DNA from: Eimeria praecox
Taxonomy: Eukaryota
NCBI GenBank assembly: GCA_963920595.1
Contig: OY986950.1
Coordinates: 5,022,001 to 5,086,000 of the forward strand
Length of the DNA stretch: 64,000 nt
Reading direction: 5' to 3'
The position numbers and the translations under genes were made by a program. Of the stretch, positions 52,601 through 64,000 are shown in pieces. The first letter of the stretch is position 1. Every line of letters begins with the position of its first letter. The notes beneath the pieces are model-generated. The model ran no database searches, was not told the origin of the DNA, and worked only from the letters and a program-made list of their open reading frames with translations.

Positions 52601-55515
52601 ATTTGAGTCGTAGTGCGTAGGCGGCAAAGCCAGATGAATCATTCATTTTTGACGTTTTAGGGCATCTGTATGCGGACACTAGGGCGTGGTAGAAAATGCG
52701 GCTCGGACCACGCATTGCAGTGGGTGCTGCGTGGAACTATGAGGCAGCCCAAAGTCAGTGACAAAGATCCGCGCAAGGTTCAGTAGCAAGCAAGCATAGT
52801 GAAGGTTACGCCTTGCACTGCATTAGTCACTCCGTCGTGCAGGCAGTGAGCGGACAGTTGAATCCACTGACAAAGACTGGCATGTGGAGGGGCTGATTGC
52901 CATCGTATGATTGTGCATAGGATCGGCCGTCCACTGGATAGTCAGTGATGCCGTGCAGAGTTGCTTGGGTTTTCAGTGCATTCTGGGTGAGCGTAGGCCA
53001 CACGATAGAGCACCTAGCTGGTGCAAGCCCGGCTGGGCATGTATCTGGCTGCTCGTTTTTGGTTTATGTGTGCTGCCGGCACAGCAGTCTAGCACGCACT
53101 GCCGAATATGCCTCCTGCTGGCATTTCGTCGCCGTGCACCTTGCTGATGGGTGACACCAATGCTCCCAATTTGTCCATGCTTACTTGCGCCTCGTCAACG
53201 TTTGCCTTTTTAGTGCACACAAACTGGAGGCTGTTCCCTTGGCATCGCGTCAAAGTGCCTTTGATAATTTCAATTCGGGCTTGCGTTTGCAGTAGGCATT
53301 TGTTTGGCACGGACACATGCGAACTGAATTGAGTGAAGAGGCCGACTTGGAGCCTGTTCAGCTCTGGATGTGCGCGAACCAGTGCTTGCATAGTTTGCTA
53401 AAGCTTGTCTCCGTGTGCCGTACGTGCTGCACGAGTCAGCAGTGGGGAGACAACATGTACGTGCCCCCGCGTTCTCAGGAAGTGCGCCTCGAGAACGTTG
53501 AAACCCATTCAACAGAAGGAGCCATGGTAGTTTGTATCTGGAATGCGTGGTAAAGAAACCGATCGTGCCTTCGGACTGGCGTTGGAAGAGAGCTACTAGG
53601 CGGCACACGAGGCGAAGCAGACTGCTGATTGCCGCGGTAACCTTATTTGCTTTCTTACTAGTTATGCTGCTAGCAGTGTGAAGCTCTTTAGAACCAGAAA
53701 GGAGAGGACAACGTACACTTTCAGATACTCACTGCGTCCTGTGCTACTAACGTAACGCTACGGCAATACCAATACCAGCGGGTTTGCGACACTAGGAACC
53801 GTAAGCGAAGGCGACGGGTATAGCATGATATAGGAGTATCTGGCGGAGAATTTCGGCTATGAGGCATTTGTGCGGAATCTGCTAAGCCGAAAAAGCCCTT
53901 TGGGAGGGTTCGTTGAGCATATTGCGGCAATGCCTTCTTGGGCATGGGAGGCGACATGGGGAGGCACAAAGCCTTGCTAAGCAATCTGGGAAGCCCCGCA
54001 CATGCTATGCACAGCAGGTACTCTCCCCAGAAATGCTGGGCTGCTGTTGCTGGTGTCCGTAAGTGCCGGGGACGAGCGCACTACTCCACGTGCCTGCGCA
54101 CAAACCGCTGGCATCCAGGGAAGCAAAGCAATTCGGTCGTGTCGCCCCTGACTGTTGTGCATATGCTTTGATTGTTGGCTTATTTTCACAGGGAATGTAT
54201 TGCATGCCGTTGTATGGAGCAAGTAAACAGAGCTCGAGTGGGGCTTCGTTACGGGACTGGCGCCTGTGGTTTGCATGCGGAAGCAGGCATGCTCGCTGTA
54301 GGTGATATATGGTGGGGATGCGGCTAGCTCGTGCGTTAGGGCTCCAACACTGACTGAACACGTTCTCTAGCCACTTAACGCTTTGGCAAAACGCACCCTG
54401 TATGCGTTAATTGCTACGCCTTTTGCAGGGCTTCTCTTCCGACGTCGAATTGCGGTGCTAGTCGGGTTGTGGGGTAGAGGCAGTTTAATGTTGCTTGCGA
54501 AAGCACAGAATTGCTGTTTCGCTGGACCAGCATCGGAGATTAGTTTTTTTTTAGCCGTTTCCACCAGCCCAAGCTTGCGGCAGTACAGTGCTTGGGTGCA
54601 CGAATTAGCAGGAGGGGATATCTTAGATAGCATTCATTAGTGTAGTAGCTTGGTTGACAAATGGCGTGTCGGTTCATAGAGTCGGATGATGATGTTAGCG
54701 GACAGTGCCGGTAGCGGTGAGTAGCATATAACCATACTTACCCAAAGCGTATGTAACGGTCCAGATCGTGCGCTGTCTTTTAGCGTCTTGCATGGGGCAT
54801 TTCAGTGAACTATCCGTGGTACAAAGCGGCCAGTGTGCCACTGAAATGAATAACAGACTAGGCGGAGGATTCAATTTTCACACCATATTCTGCGGTAGTC
54901 TAGAGGGCGGCGTGCGTCTCTGGAAGACTGGCATCGTACAGATGGGGTGAAGTCCCTCATAGTTACTTTGTGTTTTCTTTCCTGGTATACAGCTAACCGA
55001 CGCCTGATGCAACAACAAGCGGACGCTATTTGTTTCCAGCGTTCAGCTACAACAGGGGGGTGAGCAAAATGACATTTTCTGAACCAGCACGCATATATAT
55101 GTTCCGATAGATGGTCAACGTCTCCAATATTTGCGAGGCATTTACTTATGTGAAAGCCTTAGGTAGTTGCAGTTTCAAGACGCCTGTCCATGGGAAAATT
55201 TTGTAGTATACCAGCAGATATTTACGCCCTGCTTATATGCGGCTCCCCCGTGCTAAGGACCACCAGATGGTGGCCTGCTAGGGAGACCAGCACCATCAGC
55301 AAATCATTTGCCATAGTGGGCATAATGGCGTGCAGTTCTCAGTGTCAGAAACCAGAGGTACCATTTCAGTATCTCCGAGTTGCTGGTCGCCAGTAGCCTG
55401 GATCAATGAGACGTTGCTCCAACGCAGCAACGAGTGTACAGCTCTCGGCCGTACGGATAGTGCTCGCCTTCTCCCTTGGCTGGGAGAGGTGGCAATACTG
55501 ATTAGGGTATATGAA
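46690..55515 (+). repeat. 4444-bp tandem segmental duplication (about two copies) with a non-matching internal segment
   Basis: Seen: ctgaggatggtacagg at 46697 and 51141; ORF pairs 48468/52911 and 49278/53721. Copies differ at ~50277-50690 vs ~54721-55148, then match again to ~51055 / ~55515. Confidence 0.95.
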
Positions 55516-56946
55516 GGAGTGCGTAGAGATGCGTGGTGTTGACACGAACTGGCCTCGCTTAGCTTGCCGCATTCTGGCATGAATGCCTTCTTCCATTGAG
55601 GACTGGATGGGCCTTAAAAGGCTGAACAGATTGACCAGACACCGTGCGCCATAGCCCATGAGAGCGTGGGTTTGAGCGTTGAGTATGAGCCAGCTGCAGG
55701 ATATGGAGCTGCGTGCAGCCGTAGCATGCTTACCTGATAGTTCGTGCACAAGAAAGGGAGGGCAGAGGAGGGTGCCATCGTGTTTTTATGATGTTGGGCA
55801 ATTGATGAAGACGCTAGTTTGCTGATCAGTTGTTTGCTGGCCAAATGTTTGCCCGCCCTTGCATAGATTTGGATTGATCTCCTAAACGCGAGGACGGAGC
55901 TGCGTGGGCAGGCCGAAAGACGAAAGCGTTCTCAGTCACCGCATCGTTTGCATAACTGCTGAGGAGAGCAAGTCTGGTTTGTGCCTCCTTGAAGTAACGT
56001 TAGCTGATACTGCTTGAAATTAAAAGGCAGCTCTAAGTGGGTAGATGGCAACTGCGTTGCCGATGCCATCTTTGTGTGGGGCAACGAAGGAAATATGCTA
56101 CTTGATAGTCTGTTGCCAGATAGCTTAAGGTTGCAGTGCCCAGTGCTCGTGGCTCTCACGCACCAGAGCAGTTGCGTTTCCAAATGTTGTACAGGCATTT
56201 CAAACATTGCTTTCACACGCATTGCAGTCCTGCATTGCCCCCCTGAGTACTCCGAGTCAGGGATACGCTCCTGGCGTTGGTGTGTATGCCAGATGACAAA
56301 CTTCTTCATTATTCATTTTCTTTGAATGTAATATGCTTCGACAAACGTTGCCACAAAGCTGACTACGAGAGTAGTTACAGCCTACACTATGCGCAGCCAG
56401 TATCGGCGGCGTCGTGGTAGGCAGTGGCATGAAGAGGCATGAACACGCTCTTTTTTCTGAAAAAATAGATTATATAGATCCATCCAAAACTTGAGCAGGA
56501 ACAGGGAAACGTACAGCTACAGCACAGCGGCTGTCAGTCGTAAACGAGTTGCCAAAGACATACCGCAGCGTGGCTTACAACGCTAAAACTCTTCTTTTGC
56601 TATATCGATGCAGACTGCATGTTGCTGCCTGTAGACTCTAGCGTTCGTCTGCGCTTACATTGACGCAGCAGGGCTGCCGGCCAGTGCCTTGGGAGAAAAT
56701 GCCTCTTGAGCAGTGTCGACTGTGTGAGATCCTCCTTCTAGCTGTACTAGAATCTGCAGTGACTAGCAAAAATCTACTTGTGGGCTCGGATATATTTAAT
56801 ATCGGTGTTCGCTTTTAGGCTCAATGCCGATCCCCACAATCGCCTAAGCATGAGAGCTTCTCTTTGTTGGTGTAGTACCTGTTGAAGTGCCTAAACTGCA
56901 TGCAGTTAGAAGGGCGTCGTTGCAGCGCTAGCAGTGCAGTGCTCTG

Positions 56947-57567
56947 ATGCTTGATAATGGGATGTTGGTGAATGATCCACCGCATGTGAGATGCAAGGCT
57001 TTCCCCTCAGCTGCGTTATTTTTGGTTCGTATGGCTCGGGTGACGATGCACTGGAATGCACTGTGGAGCACAATGCGGGCTTCAACAGGCTCATTCGAGG
57101 AGCATCGCTCTGTGATTGTGGCAACATGGTTGCTGATAAGCCTGTGGCAGTGGCAGACACTACCATGCTGGTTCAGTGCACAAATATATATGCCCTCGGT
57201 TGTGCTGAGCATGCAAGCGCTTGGTCTGCTCGACCAGAACCGCCATGTGGGTGGGAAACTGAGGCTAATGCCTCCCTGTTTTGCTTTAATGCACCTTGCA
57301 AGCCGAGAAACATCAAACGTGCAGGCAGGTACAGTATATGACGGTATCTTATTTCCTTGCTGGACGTCTGTCGCCCCACCTGAGCTGCAGGAAGTGGGTG
57401 TCTATGCAAGCATATGCAAACTCGCGAACGTTATGCCTTTTCTGTTTTTTGACGGTCTTCATTGTGATTCCAGTGTTTTGGCAGGAGTAGTGGTTGGGTT
57501 CAGCTGCTACATGCTCTGCGGGGGTTGCCAAATTAAATATGCAGGTGGGGTGGTGTCTGTTTCTTAG
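56947..57567 (+). pseudogene. 206-aa ORF, the longest in the window; probable remote member of the same decayed family, product unknown
   Basis: Seen: ggttcag...ggtgggaa spacing (~80 bp) mirrors 26246-26324. The C-terminal SCYMLCGGCQIKYAGG resembles PCYIAYG...VKY (26598) and VKYAGG (58537). No recognisable domain. Confidence 0.3.
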
Positions 57568-59885
57568 ACGCCGATTTACGGAGGCTTACAACAGGTATGA
57601 GCAGTGGCAGAGAAGCCCAGGTGCGGATGACGCAAGTTTGTAGTGGACGTGCTGTGCTTGTTTCTTCCTATGCTGCATGGATATGGCCCTACACAGCCGT
57701 GGCGTGCCCCACCCCTTTCTCTGAGCAACATTACGCGGGAATGCTCTGGGGTGCGAGTTGCCTTCAGCGCTCTAGTCAAGTGGAAGCCAGTACACACGAC
57801 TAGTGTGCTCGCGCACAGGGTTGCATGACAATGAACATTTTGCACCCAGGTTGTTGAAATGTTCGCCAGCACCTTATTGTCATGGCAAGGATTCAATTTC
57901 TGTTTAATTCATTTCGGCCTTAGCGGATCGCTTCAGTGCATAGGCGGTGTGACAAAGCTGCGCTGAGAGCATAATATTTTTGACGCCAGACAAAGCATGG
58001 AGGTTGGTTGTGAAACTAATAATGCGTTGCACTTGATGCCAAGCAAGCTTCACTCCGGAAGCCAAGTGACGCGGGCGTGCACTAAGGTGGAAATATCGAA
58101 TGCATTAGTGGTCGTTTCTTGTTGCCTTGTCGATCTGGGCGTTCGTGGCCGCACCTGATCTGCAGGAAGTGGGTTGATAACCAGGCCTAGACAGGCCCAT
58201 GGAAATACACGCCTTTTGCTTGTGTCTGCTTGTGACCACTGCATTTTTTGGTTGCAGGAATGTCTACTTCCTTTGTGGTGGAACGCCTAGTAAGGCGTGT
58301 TCGTGTGATCCGCCTGTGCATTATGGCGGGTAGTGGGAGGGTGAGCACGCATTTGCGTGCATGAGTCCTGGTGTGATCTTTTCGAGCTAATAGCCACTAA
58401 TTGCTACTGAACAAACAGTCATTGTCTTTTGCGCTAAAACCTTTCTGCGTATCATTGATTAAGCGAGTGGCAAGCTGAGTTGATGCACTGGGACAGCGCT
58501 TACCCTGTTGCATACGGCCCGCAGTGGAAGAGTGGTGTCAAGTATGCGGGAGGAAGAGATGGTCTAGAGCTGGAGCCAACTTCATCCCCATGCATTCAAA
58601 ACAATCACTACATTCGTGTGCTTCATGCATTTGTGGAATGGAGCGCATCGTGGAGAACAGGTGCGGTAAACGTACTTAGAAATACAATTTCAGCACGTGG
58701 AGGACCCGTGTACTGTAGTACCTTCCTCTGGCACAATCTCCGCTGAAATCATGCCAGTGGTTGGTCCAATGCAATACACACACTTTTGTGATGGCAAATC
58801 GCTGACCGCATAGCTCTTTCAATATCTAGATGTAAAACGCTGAGGATAATAAGTAGTTTATGGCGCCACGCACGCTATCTGACGCCATAGGAGGTCTGCT
58901 TGCTGATCAAGTGGCTTCTAATTCTGCGTTAAGCTCGACACAGAGCGGCATGCGCTCTCACGTACAACTAAAATGTATTGACCAAACAAGTGCATTGCCG
59001 TGCGGGGCTGCAGACGTGCGGAGGTTCTGAGCAGCAACAAGTACGTGGATCACCAAGCAGCGGTATACTGTCAGGTGGAACGCCGCTCGCATGTGTATTT
59101 GCGTCTACTTTACGCTCAGTGAATGCAATGCCGAATGATGCCATTGTGAGGAGTTGCGCTTAAACCCGACAGCTGCGTGATATTTGCGCATTATGGACAA
59201 GGACGGCAACGTGTAGGCTAGCGATAACCTTTGCGCTGGACACCGCTTCGAACCAGTTTACTGTAGGGTGGAACATAGACTGTAGGAGAATAACGAGAAC
59301 GACACGCACTTCCCGGCAAGCGCTGGTGGTATACCATTTGACAAAATACTCATGGGCAAACCACTATTGCCTTTTGCACGCACGCGTCTGCCTCAGCGCA
59401 AACCTAACTCAGCAACAAGCTGCGCTGATGTACTTGAGCATGCAGCCGTTACAGTCGTACGGGCTCCGGGCCTTTGCTGCATGGTATGTGCAAGGGGTGG
59501 GTAGTAACGATTTTCTTGCAGGTGAGGGTACACTGGGGATTGAGCTGCCTTCGGTTCTCTGGAACTCTAGAAAAGGGACCATTCATCTTATCTTTATGGT
59601 AAGGCGCCAGGAATTAATAGCGGGCAATAGTTGTCGCGGCCTCGTGTAATATTCAGGTAAAGTGTACAAGGGCCCCTCTTGCTGTACCTAGGTTTCTTCA
59701 GGAACCCTTTGATCACGCCACCGCGGTATATGCAGACAGTGTGTGGACATCCGGGTGTCCTGTATTCTGTCGCCTAGCGCCTCCGTCGTATCGTAAGCAG
59801 TGTCCACTTTATCTAGGCTGTGAAGAATTTACCGCCATGATAGTACGTAGGGAGCAGTTTCTGTATGCTACTCTCAGAGGGCGAA

Positions 59886-62800
59886 AGGCAATGGACAAGC
59901 GAGCAAGTGGATCCGTGCTGGTTGCCATTTGACACGGGATTATGCAGGACAGCCGCAGCAGAGGCTGAAGAGCCAAATTGCGAATGACGCTCAGTTGTGT
60001 CTACGGCCTTGCATCTCCCTCTTCTGTGTCTATAGACGAAGATTCCTGGACACGCCGGCATTGCTTTTCGAGCTCTTGCTTGTCTGTGTGCTGCGTATCA
60101 GTACTATGACGCGCAGAAAGCGTGAAATATCTTAACTCGCAGAAACACATGCACTGTGGTGGAGCTGCGCATTTTACAGTGGCTGGCATGGAAGGAACCG
60201 CCTAAGTTGTCTTTTCTGATGGGCTGAGTTGTCGGGTGCGACAGCCCAGAGGAAGAGATGATTCTTACGGAGAAGTGCATTCGGGTGTACTCAGGCCAAG
60301 CAAGCAGTGGTGGCAGCATGTCCTGTGGGTGCTGTTTTCCGTTGCGCGCGGGGTCTCAGGCTGTGCGTTAAAGCACCTTGCTGTTGGATTGGCGTTGCAT
60401 TTGGGTGGTGCTGTCCAATAGAACAGTTGACGACCGGCGGGGATATAGCCAGGATTTGAGTTTTGTCGTATGCTGTATGCCGCTGCAGGCACCTCTGCCG
60501 CATGGTGCCCCACACGAAGCGTATTCACGTGCACGCAAGTAAACAGTACCGATCGATTATTCGTAAGCAGCGTTTTCCCATTTGAGAGAAAACGCATGCG
60601 CGGGATGTCGCGCTAGGTGCACTTCTGAAAAAAAGATTTAGATGACGTTTGCAAGGGGAAAGGGAGGATGTCAAGCAGCGAGTACGTATAAGCCCGATGT
60701 GTACGGCAATCCATGGGCGAGGGCGTTTACCGCGGGTAAGGCTTGACTGCCAAGGTGGCGCGGGACAGCGGTGCATGTTAGCAAGAAGCTCGATCGGCGA
60801 AGGTAGTACTTCTTGCTCGCTGTACCAAATTGGAAAATTGGATTTGCTTGAGTTTGTGGGGGTGGACGGACGAGCTACTTACCCCGTGCTGCCAATGCGA
60901 GATCTTGTTAGCTAGCAGGTGTTACGGGTAAAATGATGGTTTCCACACCAGCTTCCCCATTTGCGGATGGGAAGTCGGCGAAGTCCATATAAGCATTCGC
61001 CAAGCAACCTAATATCTAATTGATTCCTCTGCTGCTGGCGTGTGCTGCAACGCGTTCAAGCCAGCTTATAGGTATCCCGAATATCATGGGTTTGCGTTGC
61101 TGTTGATTTATCAGTAGGCTTCAGGGTTGTTGCCCATTCAAATTTTTCAGTTCGTCGTACATAGTGGCCACGCTTACCACAGTGGACTTAGGGATTCATG
61201 GGTTGGGCAAATACAGGATGTGCGCGGACGTGGATATACACGATATACATGGTTCAAGATCTTAGCCAAGCATTCGAACGCGTCTCACGCCATGAAATTG
61301 CATAAGAAACCCTTATGCACCTGTAGTCATTGTGGTTCCGTCCACGTACGAGCATCCTCAATGGAGGGATCAATTTCTTAACAGCTGGTGGCCGCTGTAA
61401 GCATGCGAATTCCCCGAGGAATTTTAATCTGCAGGCAGTTGAGAATGCCCAGCCAGCGGGTCCATTGCTGCTGCAAGAATACACTAGCTGATCTTTCTAT
61501 GCGTCGCTGCAATTTGTGCACCACGGTGCAAGAGATTAAGGGTAGACCACTGTTTCCTTAATCCTCCCAGCACAAAGCGAACGCGCACATCAGGGCTGTC
61601 ATTTTGCGTCTGTCGCAGATCAGGAATGGGATTGTTGCTTCTTCACTTGCCGTTAGAAGCGGACACTTGCGAATGGATCGCGTTGGCTAGGCGTACTGGT
61701 TTTTTAGTGAAACTCTTTTTTAAATAGACAAAAGAACAGTTTCCGGGCCTCAATGCATTTCGAGGAGAACCAGCTAGCTCCGAATTCGATGCGCCCCGCG
61801 CCTTCCTCGTATGACATATGTGACGCTCGTGCTTCGCTGTTGTAGTCGTTGGCTTGTAGAGTGTCTTTGCTTCTGTATGTGCACGTTCGCTAGGCGATGA
61901 AGGGGCTATAACCATTTTGTTGGGAGCAGGGTACCAGGAATAGTGGCTTTCGTTTAAAATCGGTTTGTGCTTCTCGCAGACAGGCACGAAAACGAGGTCA
62001 TCATGCTGCACATTTGAAAAATGAGCTTCACGCTTCAGAGCGTGAGTGCAGTTGCAGCCCTCGAATCGCGTGCGTTATACATCTCCTTGCAGGTTGCATT
62101 GTGGCTGGTGAATAATCCACAGGAGCTCGCCTGCGGTGGCTTCGTGTCCAGTTAGGAAGCCTCTGTTATGGGACATGCGTGTGGAAGAAACCGTCAAGCC
62201 ATGCATCGACGCATACGACCTTCTTTTGCCGGCATCGCCCTGCTGCCGTGTCAACACTGTTGACTGAGTGCTCACGCCGGTTTTCTTGAAAGCAGCACGC
62301 ACACGCAGGAGATCGTGCAGGAACGAACATCGTGTGTTTTGCTTTGGGCCTCTCACGGTTTGGCTGCAGATGCCAATGCACACTGCGACGAGGACGTCTG
62401 TTTACGCTGCGCAGTCTGTTGTTTTTGGCAGGCGGTAAATGATGATGCATTCAATCGTGAAGGGACACTAGGATGCAGGGGCTCACTGTCATTGTAGAAG
62501 TGCGCAGCGTGCCTCAGAAAGCTACTGATATTTCCTGTAGACGGCACAGCATATGTTCAGGCACCAGGGCATTACCGCTACGGTCTGTTTGCGCGGTAGT
62601 GTGCATAAGCGAACTTTGATGTTCGTTTAGTTGGCTGTCGGGGCATGCGTTTCACTGGCTGTTGCCTGGTGTACTGGTTGACACCGGTAAAAGCTTGCGT
62701 TTTTGTTCTTGCGATTGGACTCGTGAGCATGCTGTATATCCACGTGCGCTCGACTGCTGGCTAAGTAGTCAGCCTAACCTTTTGCTGCGTTGCGCTGTTG

Positions 62801-64000
62801 TGTTGCATGATGCAGATTTACCTCGCTGTGTCTTCCAAAACCGAAATCCGTTTGCTTTTAGGTTGGCATAGATTGTACGTTCCTGCTGCTTACAGGACCT
62901 GACTCGCTTGACGTATACCTACGGAGGACAGTCTGTAGGAGCTTTTGAAGGAGCTTTGGTCAGGTAGATCTTCTGTGGGGAGTGCCCATTCGCAGTTCAG
63001 CTCCACAGTGACTAACTTCGGATGTGCCTGACCATGTGCTTGACATGCTAGCTGGTTCTGAGTGAGAGTTCAACATTGATTCCCTTTTAGCTTCAGTAAG
63101 CATGAACACGTTACCTGATGAGATTCGCTGGGTTGGCCCATTGCACCTAGAGTGCGACGCTATAAGGATGAAGTTGGAGGAGCCTCCCTGTTAATTGTAC
63201 CAGCGCCGCGCCCTGCTGCTTGCTATGATTATCTTGCAGCTGGCACCAGATGCGTGGAAGGAGGAGCATCTCTATCAAGAGCTTAAACTCCCGCCTCCTG
63301 CGCATGCTTGCATCGGCTTGCACGATTCATTTTTTTGTGCACCGGGGTGGTTGGTGCAGCAAGAAGTGACCTTTGAGTAAAGCTCAGGATTACTTTGACT
63401 CTACTTAAGCTTGCGTCAGTGCTCTGTGTTGGTGGCAACTAAAGCTCTGCTGAATTCATGCCATCGGCTGACACTAATAAGCCGACTCAGTGCCGGGTTT
63501 TCATGACGGCGATGCGCTGATCGGTCAGCTGCGTGATCCGAGGCCAGCAAAGCCAAATGGGTGTGGAACCGAAAGTACTGCGCTGCGTTTGGCGTCGACG
63601 CCGACAGAAGCCCTCTTTTCTCTCTAGTGGCAGATGAGTGTGTGTAGTTACAGCCCTCAAAGCTGCTCGCTGCAGCACCTTATTTCGTTGGGGACCGAAG
63701 TACACGAGGTACAGCAAGTGAGTGAATGGCCACGTTAAACGCGATTTTAGGATGGAACGCCTTCGTCATCTGTTTAGCTGTGCCGGCTTCTCATTCAGCA
63801 TAGGTAATGCCATAGGCTGCTGCTATCAGGAATCTCAGTTGGGCGCAGCTGTTGTGTACTGATCATGGATGGTGGTAGGCAATGGACAAGCGAGCAAGTG
63901 TATCCGTGCTGGTTGCCATTTGACACGGGATTATGCAGGACAGCCGCAGCAGAGGCTGAAGAGCCAAATTGCGAATGACGCTCAGTTGTGTCTACGGCCT
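59886..64000 (+). repeat. Direct repeat with 3991-bp spacing (59886-60009 = 63877-64000), truncated by the window edge
   Basis: Seen: 124 bp aggcaatggacaagcgagcaagtg...tctacggcct is identical except for one G/T mismatch. Confidence 0.9.

Overview
Gene-free, repeat-dominated window that is most likely eukaryotic: no ORF exceeds 206 aa, there is no operon-like packing, GC is near 50% and CpG is not visibly depleted. The taxon cannot be fixed from the sequence. Bases 1 to ~24420 are a complex satellite of 32 copies of a shared core, each complete copy followed by a long tail (1030-bp unit, 15 copies) or a short tail (551-bp unit, 16 copies). These units are organised into two higher-order repeats (2192 bp x4, then ~3502 bp x~2.3). 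Bases ~26370-37643 are a near-identical 2144-bp tandem array (~5.3 copies). Bases ~40.4-55.5 kb are a mosaic of duplicated blocks, including a 4444-bp tandem duplication with a swapped internal segment, and a further repeat with 3991-bp spacing begins at the right edge. The main observation is that the seemingly unique DNA from 24.4 to 63.4 kb contains many highly diverged, same-orientation relatives of the 2144-bp unit. Their shared motifs (AYG-x6-VKY, HGM, ACxGL, CxMRLN, FQYL) are kept through synonymous codon changes on the + strand. This suggests a decayed tandem array of an unidentified protein-coding sequence that has been recycled into younger repeats, possibly including the satellite core. 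No intact CDS, RNA gene, CRISPR array or recognisable transposon could be supported. All alignments were made by eye.
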